Part shown: positions 8,600 through 17,550 of the stretch, piece after piece
Layout of the letters: every line of letters begins with the position of its first letter
Position numbering within the stretch: the stretch's first letter is position 1
NCBI GenBank assembly: GCA_025359085.1
Contig: JANYHL010000125.1
Span: 841-64,840 of the forward strand
DNA: 64,000 nt
Direction: 5' to 3'
From: Gammaproteobacteria bacterium
GTDB taxonomy: Bacteria > Pseudomonadota > Gammaproteobacteria > Burkholderiales > Burkholderiaceae_C
The notes under the pieces: model-generated
Database searches by the model: none
The model's input: only the letters and a program-made list of their open reading frames with translations
What the model was told of the DNA's origin: nothing
Program-made: the position numbers and the translations under genes

Positions 8600-9862
8600 A
8601 TGATGCTGCAGGCCAACGTCAGGCACGCACAGGACACAGGACGGAAACCGGCCATACCCTGGAATGGACCGAGATCACCCGCACTGACTGCCAACCTGCA
8701 TCCTGAAGGTCGGCTCAATAACCCGCTGCTCAGCGTCGATGTGCTGCGCCAGCTGGATGAAATTCCTTCGGACGTCGCGCGGCTCTTTGCCTGCGCAGAG
8801 CTGCAAAACGTGGAGTCAGGTCTGGCCTGGTACAAGAATTTGGTCAATTCCGTTTATCCAGACCACGACGGACTATTGATCTACATTCTGAGAAAACAGG
8901 GGCAAGCACTGGCACTTCTTCCCGTGCTGAGGCAGGGCAAGTCGGGGGGCTATTGCATCAAGTCGCTCAGCAACTACTACACCACGCTCTACGCGCCGTT
9001 CATCGCACCGGAAGTGACGGTGCATGATTTGGCGCTGCTGCTGAAGACCCTGCGCGATGACCAGTCCCCGCTGGCGTCCTTGCAGTTTTCGCCGATGGAC
9101 CCCGACGCAAGAAGCCACCAACTCTTGCTTGGCGCACTGAAACTTGCCGGGCTGCCGGCCTTTGAATTTTTCTGTTTTGGCAACTGGTACCTGCCTGTGG
9201 CGGACGATTGGCCCCGCTATTTTCGCAACCGGGAGGGCCAACTGCGCAGCACCATTAAACGCATGAGCAAAGCCTTTGTGACCGCCGGGGGCAGCTTGGA
9301 GCTTGTCATGGGAGGGGCCAACCTGGAGCGCGGGATCAATGCCTACCTGAAGGTCTATGCCGCCAGTTGGAAGCGTGCGGAGCCTTACCCTGGTTTCATG
9401 CCGGGCCTGATGCGCGTCTGTGCCGAACACGGCTGGTTGCGACTGGGCATCGCCTGGCTGAATGGTGAGGCCATCGCCGCCCAAACATGGATCGTGGCCA
9501 ACGGCAAAGCCAGCATTTACAAATTGGCCTACGACGAAAGCCATAAAAAACACGCCCCCGGCACACTGTTGACAGCGATGCTGTTGCAACACGTGTTCGA
9601 GCAAGATCAGGTCACGGAGGTCGACTACCTGGTCGGGGATGACCCCTACAAGAAAGCCTGGATGAGTCATCGCCGTGAGCGCTGGGGTATCGTGGCCTAC
9701 AACCCGAAATCACTGCGCGGGCTGTTCGGCTTCAGCCGGGAACTGCTGGGCAGAGCGATAAGAGCAGGCGTGACGCGTGCCATGGCGCTGGTGTCCCCGC
9801 CGAAACAGGCCAAGATTGCAAACGCCACTCCGAACAGCAAGGCCCATGGCAGGGGACCTTAA
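8600..9862 (+). CDS. GNAT-fold (CelD/BcsL-, FemAB-like) acyltransferase
   Basis: RLGIAWLNGEAIAAQ, YKLAYDE, PGTLLTAMLL, EVDYLVGDDPYKKAW. The true start may be downstream of 8600. Confidence 0.8.
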   Translation: MMLQANVRHAQDTGRKPAIPWNGPRSPALTANLHPEGRLNNPLLSVDVLRQLDEIPSDVARLFACAELQNVESGLAWYKNLVNSVYPDHDGLLIYILRKQGQALALLPVLRQGKSGGYCIKSLSNYYTTLYAPFIAPEVTVHDLALLLKTLRDDQSPLASLQFSPMDPDARSHQLLLGALKLAGLPAFEFFCFGNWYLPVADDWPRYFRNREGQLRSTIKRMSKAFVTAGGSLELVMGGANLERGINAYLKVYAASWKRAEPYPGFMPGLMRVCAEHGWLRLGIAWLNGEAIAAQTWIVANGKASIYKLAYDESHKKHAPGTLLTAMLLQHVFEQDQVTEVDYLVGDDPYKKAWMSHRRERWGIVAYNPKSLRGLFGFSRELLGRAIRAGVTRAMALVSPPKQAKIANATPNSKAHGRGP

Positions 9863-9904
9863 TAAAGTTCGCCAAGGCTCTTTCTTCACTTGGAAGGATT
9901 GAAT

Positions 9905-10651
9905 ATGAGATTCGGACCATTGTTAAACCATCATCATCTGCTCGCGGCAATACGAACAGGCGGCGCCGTGCTTCTTGCTTTTTTGACGGGTTTCCATGCA
10001 GCGGCAGACGCACAAGAAGTCCCAGGGGGCTGCGGATCATTGACGCAGCCCTGGGGTCCCTTTGACTACCGTCCTGACCACTACATACCCGAGAACACTT
10101 ACCGGTCACACCGAGCGCTACTCGCAATTGTGGAGCAGGCCCATTTCACACCGGAGGTCGAAATGCTGGCCCGGGGTAAAACCAGCACAACAGCCGGCAA
10201 CGACATCTCCTACACCCTGGGTATTTTCCCCAACCACCATCGCGCCCTGCTGGCCATGGCGGCACTGAGTGACAAGGAGAAGACGGACAAACCCTATGGC
10301 GCACGCTACTCGGTGGAGTGCTTTTTCCGGCGCGCCGTCGCCTGGCGACCTGATGACAATATTGTTCACATGGTTTACGCCAGGTATCTTGCCAAAGCAT
10401 CGCGTGTCGCTGAAGCCGAGCAACAGCTCGGTATCGCAGCCAGCCAGGCCAACGACAACCCGCTGACTCACAACAACCTCGGTTTGATTTACTTCGACAT
10501 GAAGAACTACGGCCAGGCGCTCTTTCATGCGCATAAGGCTTACGCCCTTGGGCTGGAAATATCCGCCCTGCGAAAACAATTGGAAAGCGTCGGCAAATGG
10601 AAAGAACCCCGGTCGGAAGCTGCGCTGGAACCGGTTAAAAATACACAGTGA
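9905..10651 (+). CDS. Exported TPR-repeat protein of unknown function
   Basis: Signal-like segment ending AAADA; CGSL..WGPFDY motif; C-terminal TPR-like helices (HNNLGLIYFDMKNYGQALFHAHKAYALG). ATG 9905 has an AAGGA SD. Confidence 0.7.
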   Translation: MRFGPLLNHHHLLAAIRTGGAVLLAFLTGFHAAADAQEVPGGCGSLTQPWGPFDYRPDHYIPENTYRSHRALLAIVEQAHFTPEVEMLARGKTSTTAGNDISYTLGIFPNHHRALLAMAALSDKEKTDKPYGARYSVECFFRRAVAWRPDDNIVHMVYARYLAKASRVAEAEQQLGIAASQANDNPLTHNNLGLIYFDMKNYGQALFHAHKAYALGLEISALRKQLESVGKWKEPRSEAALEPVKNTQ

Positions 10652-10737
10652 CCCTCCGCCGCCAAGTTGAAGACTTTGCCTCGTGGGCATCGCGATCATG
10701 GGGTGGACCTGACCAGCCAACAAAGGGGTAGTTACAA

Positions 10738-12495
10738 ATGACACTTTTTGCGGGCGCTCTAAGCCTGAATACCGATCGCCTGTCACCTGCGCTGAAGCTT
10801 TCATTGCGCGCTAACCTGCGCAGCGGCGACGACCAGCGGGGTAGCTGGTGCGTCCACGAACAGGCGTCATTTTTCTTGGTCAAGTGGGACTCCGGTGCTT
10901 TTGCGGAGCCTGCCTGGCGCGCGTCTCCTGACGGATCCGTCTGTGCGCTCGCTGGCGATCCGATCCTGCTGGAGAACGGCCGCAGGCTCAAGCGTCTGGA
11001 ACAGATGGCACGCCTCGCACCAGAACTGAGCACCCTGCAAGACACCGCGCTGGCGCAATGCCGTGGCTCATTTGCGTTGGTCCACTACGCAGCCGCGACC
11101 CAAACGCTCTGTCTGAGCACGGATGCGCTGGGGTTACGTTCAATCTACTATGTCATTCAAGATGACTGCCTGATTTTTGCCACAGCATTGCGGGTGCTCG
11201 AAGCCGTGCCCGAAGTACGCAAGCAATTGTCTCTGCAGGGTATGGCGGAGCTCAGCGTTTTTTCGTTCCCCCTGGCAGAACGCACGCCCTATGAAGGGCT
11301 GAAAATTCTGCGGGAGTGCGAGGTCCTCACAGCACGCACGGCGGGTGTCAAGATGCACCGTTATTACGACTGGTCCACGCAGGAAGATGCCCCCAGCCAG
11401 GCCACCGATGCAGCAGCGCAACTCCATGCCACTTTCCGCGAAGCGGTTGACGCCCGCTTGAGCCAGGATCAGCGCGTTTACAGCTTTTTAAGTGGCGGCA
11501 TGGACTCACGCGCGATCGTCTCCACCTTGATTGATCGGGGACGGCAGGTGGAGGCGCTCAATTTCTCGTCGCCCGCGTCACAGGACCAGCGCTATGCCCT
11601 GTCGTTTGCGACGCAAGCCGGTAGCGGCTGCCACTTGCACTGCTTGCCGGGTGGCAACTTTCCCAATTTCTCGTTCCTGGCGCTGGCCGCAAAAACCGCA
11701 CTCGAGCAAAACGAGCCGACTTCAGTGGATCGTCCACAGTTCATCTGGTCTGGCGACGGCGGCAGTGTTGGCTTGGGTCATGTCTATATGGATGAACGCA
11801 TGCTGGAGCTCGGCGCACAGGGCGACGTTAAAGGTGCCGTGGCGCATTTTCTTGCGCTCAACAGGATTGCACTTTCAAGTCGAGTACTCACGGCGTCTGC
11901 CCGGGAACAGCAAGCGCACTTGATGTTTGACAGTGTCCTGAGCGAGGTCCATCGCTACCCGCGCGAAGATGTGGGTCGACGTCTCTACCTGTTCCTGCTC
12001 TTCAACGACCAGCGCCGCCATTTGTTCAAGCACTTTGAGACCATTGATCAACATGGACTGGAGTTATTGACGCCTTTCTTTGATGCAAAATTACTCAAGA
12101 CGGTCGCAGCCACCCCGGCGCGCTGGGGCGTGCTGCATCGTCTGTATGCGCAGTTGTTCGAGCACCTCCCGGCGTTTGCACGCCGGACCCCGTGGCAGAC
12201 CTATCCAGGCCACCAGCCCTGCCCGCTGCCAGGAGACCCACTCGCAAGTTACCAGTGGGCGCGTCACGTGGCGCCTGCCCCCGATGGCCTCAAAGAACGT
12301 GGCCAGCTGGCGCTGGAACTGCTCCAGACATTCAACTGGCGCATGCGCCCGCAAGTCTTTTCACCCGCCCTTGTCGGGTTGGCGGCACTGTTACACGCCT
12401 CCGGTCTGCGCGATTGTCGACACGTCTTGCAACTGCTGCAGCTCTACCGTTTGCACGATGCCCAGACACGGTCCCAGCAGCGGGTTCGATCGTGA
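10738..12495 (+). CDS. Asparagine-synthetase-like amide ligase lacking the N-terminal glutaminase Cys
   Basis: FLSGGMDS PP-loop, SGDGG, PFFD and a degenerate Ntn domain (DALGLRSIYY); starts MTLFAG rather than MCGI. Confidence 0.8.
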   Translation: MTLFAGALSLNTDRLSPALKLSLRANLRSGDDQRGSWCVHEQASFFLVKWDSGAFAEPAWRASPDGSVCALAGDPILLENGRRLKRLEQMARLAPELSTLQDTALAQCRGSFALVHYAAATQTLCLSTDALGLRSIYYVIQDDCLIFATALRVLEAVPEVRKQLSLQGMAELSVFSFPLAERTPYEGLKILRECEVLTARTAGVKMHRYYDWSTQEDAPSQATDAAAQLHATFREAVDARLSQDQRVYSFLSGGMDSRAIVSTLIDRGRQVEALNFSSPASQDQRYALSFATQAGSGCHLHCLPGGNFPNFSFLALAAKTALEQNEPTSVDRPQFIWSGDGGSVGLGHVYMDERMLELGAQGDVKGAVAHFLALNRIALSSRVLTASAREQQAHLMFDSVLSEVHRYPREDVGRRLYLFLLFNDQRRHLFKHFETIDQHGLELLTPFFDAKLLKTVAATPARWGVLHRLYAQLFEHLPAFARRTPWQTYPGHQPCPLPGDPLASYQWARHVAPAPDGLKERGQLALELLQTFNWRMRPQVFSPALVGLAALLHASGLRDCRHVLQLLQLYRLHDAQTRSQQRVRS

Positions 12496-12517
12496 CCACG
12501 GGTCTATCGCCAACACG

Positions 12518-14149
12518 CTAGGGTTCAGCAGTGCGCAACTGACCATTCGCCGCACGCGGGGTGGGTGTGGTCATTGCCTGTTGATAGTCTTTGATGCGCT
12601 TGTTAACGCAAAAGCAAAAAATTGAACCATTGAGGCGCGAGAACACCGGGGAGAAAGCAAAGCGGCGTCCGAGCAATTTGGAGATGCCGCGCTGAAGATA
12701 ATAGTTCCAGGCGTGGCGGCGTGGCGATGTCGTCCACAGCAGTGCATTCCAGCGCCTTACCCAAGGCAGCAGTCGGGCTTGCGCGCGCGAAAGCACGCCC
12801 TGCGCCACCAGAAAGGCAAGATACTCCTGTCGGAGCTTGGCATCCACCGGGATCACCGGCGCTGGATACTCAAGCACGCTGGCCATTTTTATTTGCCCGA
12901 ACATCGCGCGCGGCAGTCCGGCCTGCTCGGCCAGTCGGCGCGGGATGGGTCGGTCGTAGTCCGTGTGCAAACGCCACGGTTCCATTTCCTCGGACTCAGT
13001 GATTCTGAAGATATCGGCCCGGCTCCTGGCACCCAAATACGGAAAAGCGAGTTGAACATAACCCGCCTGAAGCCGGACCTCAGTCAGACCATGGTTGCCC
13101 AAATCAACACGCATCAGATCCGGATTGAGCATACCGGGACGATCAGCATAGTAGTGTCCTGGGTACCACATCTCACCCAGGCAACCCGTCAGCAACACCG
13201 CCGGTTGGCGCACATGGTCGCTTATCTGCTGCAGGTTGAAGTCGCCGGTTTCATGCATGCAGGCATAAAACAGATACTCCTGTGCGCCGTCATGCTCCAG
13301 CGCACGACGGTCAATTGGCTCACACGGGAGCCCGAAGAACTCGCAGATGGCGCCGCCGTCGTCGTCGAGTTCAAGCTGCTTGTCCTCATCGGCAAAATAG
13401 CCTTTGCTTTTGCTTTTGGTCACGGTGAAGACCAGATCAACGCCGTGTTCTTTCGCGATAGCATTGGCCGCCGTCGAGTCATAGCCCTTGGACTGTGTGG
13501 AGAAAATCACCATTTGGCGCGAGCGTGAAGCATCGCGTGAATTTGCTGCGAGTCGCCGGTAGCAGTCGCCAAGGTAACCCGCGTAAGCCGTGAAATCGGC
13601 AAAGGCAGGCGGCAGCGGCTTGTCCAACTCCCTGACCCGTCCGGGTGCGACCTCAAGGTTCCAATGCATCAAACGGTTGACTTTGCCGTTTTTGGTCGGA
13701 ATCTGGCGCACGTAACGTTGGATGCCCTGCATCAGCGAGCTGTTGATGGCGTCATACGCTGTGAAGACGGGGGCGAGCTCATCGTTCTGCTGGGCAAGCA
13801 GCAAGGGCAGCGAGTTTGCCACCACCACGTGGTTTGCGTCGCCGCTCGCCCACCAGTAAAGATAGTCAGTGGTGCTGGCGCTGGCGACGAACACCAATGA
13901 CTCCCCCCGGAGCACAGCCCCTGAGCCGAAAACGCAGGCGCTTTGATCAAACCCCGCCTCTGTGAAGGAGCCGTCCCAGAGTCCCTCGATGAAACCCTGT
14001 TCAAAGACCTCAACCCAGGGTCCATGGGTGACCGTGGCCTTCTGTTCCAACGAGTCAACCCGGGCCAGCCATGCCAGTCTGGGCATCGCCTGATTGGGGA
14101 GGAAGGTAAGTTTCACGCCAAGTGCCTTTAAAAATATTGATGCATGCAA
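12518..14149 (-). CDS. Hypothetical protein with a divergent N-type ATP-pyrophosphatase (Asn-synthetase-like) domain
   Basis: FSTQSKGYDSTAA (SGxDS-like), VLLTGCLGE, DYDRPIPRRLAE..FGQ.K. Alternative GTG start at 14116. Confidence 0.6.
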   Translation of the reverse strand: MHASIFLKALGVKLTFLPNQAMPRLAWLARVDSLEQKATVTHGPWVEVFEQGFIEGLWDGSFTEAGFDQSACVFGSGAVLRGESLVFVASASTTDYLYWWASGDANHVVVANSLPLLLAQQNDELAPVFTAYDAINSSLMQGIQRYVRQIPTKNGKVNRLMHWNLEVAPGRVRELDKPLPPAFADFTAYAGYLGDCYRRLAANSRDASRSRQMVIFSTQSKGYDSTAANAIAKEHGVDLVFTVTKSKSKGYFADEDKQLELDDDGGAICEFFGLPCEPIDRRALEHDGAQEYLFYACMHETGDFNLQQISDHVRQPAVLLTGCLGEMWYPGHYYADRPGMLNPDLMRVDLGNHGLTEVRLQAGYVQLAFPYLGARSRADIFRITESEEMEPWRLHTDYDRPIPRRLAEQAGLPRAMFGQIKMASVLEYPAPVIPVDAKLRQEYLAFLVAQGVLSRAQARLLPWVRRWNALLWTTSPRRHAWNYYLQRGISKLLGRRFAFSPVFSRLNGSIFCFCVNKRIKDYQQAMTTPTPRAANGQLRTAEP

Positions 14150-14172
14150 AGCGGTACAACTCGTCTCATCGT

Positions 14173-16074
14173 CTACTGCCTGATCAATTCGACGATCCGA
14201 TCTGCTGCGGTGTGATGGGCGGCGTCAACGGCGGACCGGAACTGTGGCGAGAACGGCTCCAACACGTAGTCGATCACCGACTGGTGTTCCTGCGGCTGGC
14301 CAACACCGATCTTGACACGGCGAAATTTATCATCCTGGAACGCCTGCAGAATGGAGCGAACACCACGATGCCCACCATCACCCCCGCGCATCCGCGCCCG
14401 CACGGTCCCAATCGGCAGGTCCAGGTCATCGTGGACCAGAATGCACTGGGTGGCATGAAATGAGAAATTCTGGGAGAGCCGAAGGAGTGCCGGGCCCAGG
14501 TCATTCATCGGGCTCATGGATTTAATCAGGCAAACCGGAGCGCCATGCAACTCCCCTCTTGCCACCAGGGCCAGGCCGCCCTCAGACACCCAGTCAATCG
14601 CCAGCCGCTGGGCCAAAAGTTCTACCGCACGATAGCCCACGTTGTGCGGCGTATCGGCTAGACCGGGGTCCGGGTTGCCGAGCCCGATGACCATGACGGG
14701 AGGCCGAACTTCGTTACGCGATTTAGACAACACGGGAGGCAACTCAGGTGCAACTGACGAGGCCTCGGGTGTTGCCGTTGGGATTTGCCCACCAGAGGCC
14801 ACGTGCAGCAGCTCGCAGACATCGCAGGACTGCAAGCGTGCACAGTCAGAACGCCAGCACTTGACATCGGCGGTCCGGGCGACGATCAGGCGCTGCAGGT
14901 GATCGGCTTTGTGCGAGCCTTTCAATAAAACCAGATCCTGCGGGCGCAGGTAGGCACGCAAAAACGCAAAGGCGTCCGGCAAAGATGCAAAGGCCCGCAA
15001 GTCGTGCTGGGCCATTCGTTCGGCACGCAGTGCGGCTGAGGCCCGCGGACCAACGAACACGACGCAATCGGCCACGGCCAGCGCCATCTGTGCAATTTCA
15101 ACATAGCGCCGACTGGAATCGCCCTGGTAGTCCGAGATGGTTCCGATGACGATGACCTTGCGCGGCGCGTTGGCCTGGCGCATGAATTCAAACGCCGGCG
15201 CGATGGTGGACAACGGCGCCTTCCAATCATCACGAATGAACGTTATGCCATCCACGCTGACCGGCGCCATGCGTCCTTCAAAGGGCTCCACACTGGCCAG
15301 CGCCTGCGCCGCTACTGCAAGCGGTGCGCCCAGCGCAACGCCGCTCGCCAGTGCCGCCAGGACCACCGAGGCCCAGTGCGTGCCACAGAGTTGGGTTTGC
15401 ACACGGACCGAGTCGCCCTGCCACGTGGCGTTGAGGGAAAGACGCTCCGGCCAGACCGATTGAATCGCCTCACCCCGCAGCATGGCGTCACCCGAGACGC
15501 CATAGGTCACGCAGCGGCCCGAGAACAATGAACGCATCGCCAGCACCCGCGGGTCATCCACATTCAGAACGGCGATGCCGTCTGACGGTAACGCGCTGAT
15601 CAGCTTGCCTTTCTCCTGGGCGATGGCGTCTTGGCTTCTAAACGCGGTGAAATGGTCTGCGCCAATATGGGTCACTACGCCAACCGTGGGGCGCACCAGC
15701 GCCAAGGGCAAGTCCATCGCCCCAGGTCCGTGGGCAGACATTTCGGTCACGCAATAGGCGTGCGACCGGCGCGTACCAAGAATCACCCGAACCATGTCCA
15801 TCGGCCAGTTCAAGGAACCTGGATTGGTGCGCCCATTTCCCAGGTGGCGCTGCAAAATACTGGCGATCAAATCTTTGGCGGTGGTCTTGCCGGAACTGCC
15901 CGTGATGCCGACGAACACGGTATTGCGCAAGCGACGACGATACAGAATGGTCAGCCGATACAGCGCTTGATCATAAAAACGGCGCCAGCGCCACGCCACC
16001 CCAGCCGCCATGGCGGTGAAGCGTGCCGGAATTATCTTCTGAGCAGTTTTGGCGAGGGTGCTGGCAGCTTGCAT
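14173..16074 (-). CDS. Mur-ligase (MurF-like middle and C-terminal domains) fused to a C-terminal peptidyl-tRNA hydrolase domain
   Basis: Mur part: GITGSSGKTT, VTEM, THIGADH, LNVDDP, DDWKAP, LLKGS. Pth part: IGLGNP..TPHNVG, MN, VHDDLDLP, GGHRG, RVKIGVG, DYVL. Single uninterrupted 633-aa frame. Confidence 0.9.
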   Translation of the reverse strand: MQAASTLAKTAQKIIPARFTAMAAGVAWRWRRFYDQALYRLTILYRRRLRNTVFVGITGSSGKTTAKDLIASILQRHLGNGRTNPGSLNWPMDMVRVILGTRRSHAYCVTEMSAHGPGAMDLPLALVRPTVGVVTHIGADHFTAFRSQDAIAQEKGKLISALPSDGIAVLNVDDPRVLAMRSLFSGRCVTYGVSGDAMLRGEAIQSVWPERLSLNATWQGDSVRVQTQLCGTHWASVVLAALASGVALGAPLAVAAQALASVEPFEGRMAPVSVDGITFIRDDWKAPLSTIAPAFEFMRQANAPRKVIVIGTISDYQGDSSRRYVEIAQMALAVADCVVFVGPRASAALRAERMAQHDLRAFASLPDAFAFLRAYLRPQDLVLLKGSHKADHLQRLIVARTADVKCWRSDCARLQSCDVCELLHVASGGQIPTATPEASSVAPELPPVLSKSRNEVRPPVMVIGLGNPDPGLADTPHNVGYRAVELLAQRLAIDWVSEGGLALVARGELHGAPVCLIKSMSPMNDLGPALLRLSQNFSFHATQCILVHDDLDLPIGTVRARMRGGDGGHRGVRSILQAFQDDKFRRVKIGVGQPQEHQSVIDYVLEPFSPQFRSAVDAAHHTAADRIVELIRQ

Positions 16075-16077
16075 CCG

Positions 16078-17550
16078 TCAGGCCCGAGTCAATAACTGTC
16101 GCCGGGCGCTTGCGATGCTGCGCAACAAATCAAGTACTTCGCGCGTTCCATGGCGATTGAGCCCCCACGACAGCGCGCTGTAAGAAACCCCACCCATGCC
16201 CAGCAGAATCAGCAGGTGCAGCACGCTCTCTTGGTTGCCTGGCAAAAAATGGCGCGTCGCGGTGACGACCGCATACATGCCCAAACTTGCCACCGCGGCA
16301 GGCAACATGGCGATGGCGAGTTGCACGAGACGGAGCTGGAGCACCGGCAGACCACGCATCATGCCCTGCAAAAAGACCAGCGGCGAGACGACCAGCCAGG
16401 CGAGACAAAGGCCCAGCAACCCGCCCTCATTCACACCAATGATGAAAGCCGGCGGCATGAGCAGCGAGGCCCAGATCACGTTGCGCAACACAATGTCGGA
16501 GCGCCCGACCCCCTGGATGGCGGTTGCCACAAAATTGGCCACCATTCGCAGTGGAATGATCAATGCCAACAACTGCAGTGGCACAGTGGAGGCCGCCCAC
16601 TTGGCACCAAGGATCACCTGCACAATTTCCGGGGCGATGCTGGACATGCCCCACAACACCGGGAAGGCAAAAAAACTCAGTACCCGGGTGCCCATGAGTA
16701 CGTTTTCACCGACCTTATGGAGGTCGTGCTGCATACGCGAAAAAGTGGGGAACGCCACTTGATTGACAAGGCCAGAAAGGCGTTGACTGGGCAGCGAGGC
16801 AAGGTGCATGGCAACCGAATAAATGCCGAGAATTTCATTACCCAGCCACTTGGCGCAAATCAGGATGTCAATCTGGGACAAAAACATCCAGAACACCTGA
16901 ATGGCGGTAAAGCTACCCCCAAAGCGCAACAACGAGCGCATACCTGTGAGTGAAAAATCCGGCCAGCGGGAAAAAGGGGAAAGCCAGTTGAGCCCGACGG
17001 TCTTGCCAAGCTGGCTGATCAGGGAGCCGACGACCAGTGCCCAGACACCAGCACCCGCCAGAGCCAGGGTCAGTGTGGTGAGGCTGGCAAGCACCGCATT
17101 GCACAAATCCAGCAGGGACCGATTGCGGAACTCCATCTTGCGCTGCAACTGGGCATCCGGGATAACCGCGAATCCCGCCAGCACAAATTGCAGGGACAGG
17201 GCGCGAATCACCGGGATCACGCGCGGCTCGTCATAGAAGCCGGCAATCAGCGGCGCCGCAAGCACCAACAGGGCAGCCAATGAAAAATGAATCACCAGGA
17301 TGACGCCAAATACGCGCCTGAGCAGAGGCTCATCGACGTCGGCCTTTTGCACCACCGCCGCCCCGAGACCCAATTCAGAGAACATGGAGAGAAATGACAC
17401 AAACACCGTGGCCATGGCGAGCAGACCATAGTCCGCGGGGGTTAGAAGTCGAATCACCGCGAGGGTGATTCCCCAGGTGATCAACTGGCTCGCCAGCCTG
17501 ACGCTGGCAGTCCAGCGAAATCCCGACAGCGCTTGTGACCGCAGGCTCAT
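16078..17550 (-). CDS. wzx: Wzx-type polysaccharide flippase (WzxC-like)
   Basis: About 12-14 TM segments; RLLTPADYGLLAM, ELGLGAAVVQ, GIYSVAMHL, QVAFPTFSR. Confidence 0.9.
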   Translation of the reverse strand: MSLRSQALSGFRWTASVRLASQLITWGITLAVIRLLTPADYGLLAMATVFVSFLSMFSELGLGAAVVQKADVDEPLLRRVFGVILVIHFSLAALLVLAAPLIAGFYDEPRVIPVIRALSLQFVLAGFAVIPDAQLQRKMEFRNRSLLDLCNAVLASLTTLTLALAGAGVWALVVGSLISQLGKTVGLNWLSPFSRWPDFSLTGMRSLLRFGGSFTAIQVFWMFLSQIDILICAKWLGNEILGIYSVAMHLASLPSQRLSGLVNQVAFPTFSRMQHDLHKVGENVLMGTRVLSFFAFPVLWGMSSIAPEIVQVILGAKWAASTVPLQLLALIIPLRMVANFVATAIQGVGRSDIVLRNVIWASLLMPPAFIIGVNEGGLLGLCLAWLVVSPLVFLQGMMRGLPVLQLRLVQLAIAMLPAAVASLGMYAVVTATRHFLPGNQESVLHLLILLGMGGVSYSALSWGLNRHGTREVLDLLRSIASARRQLLTRA

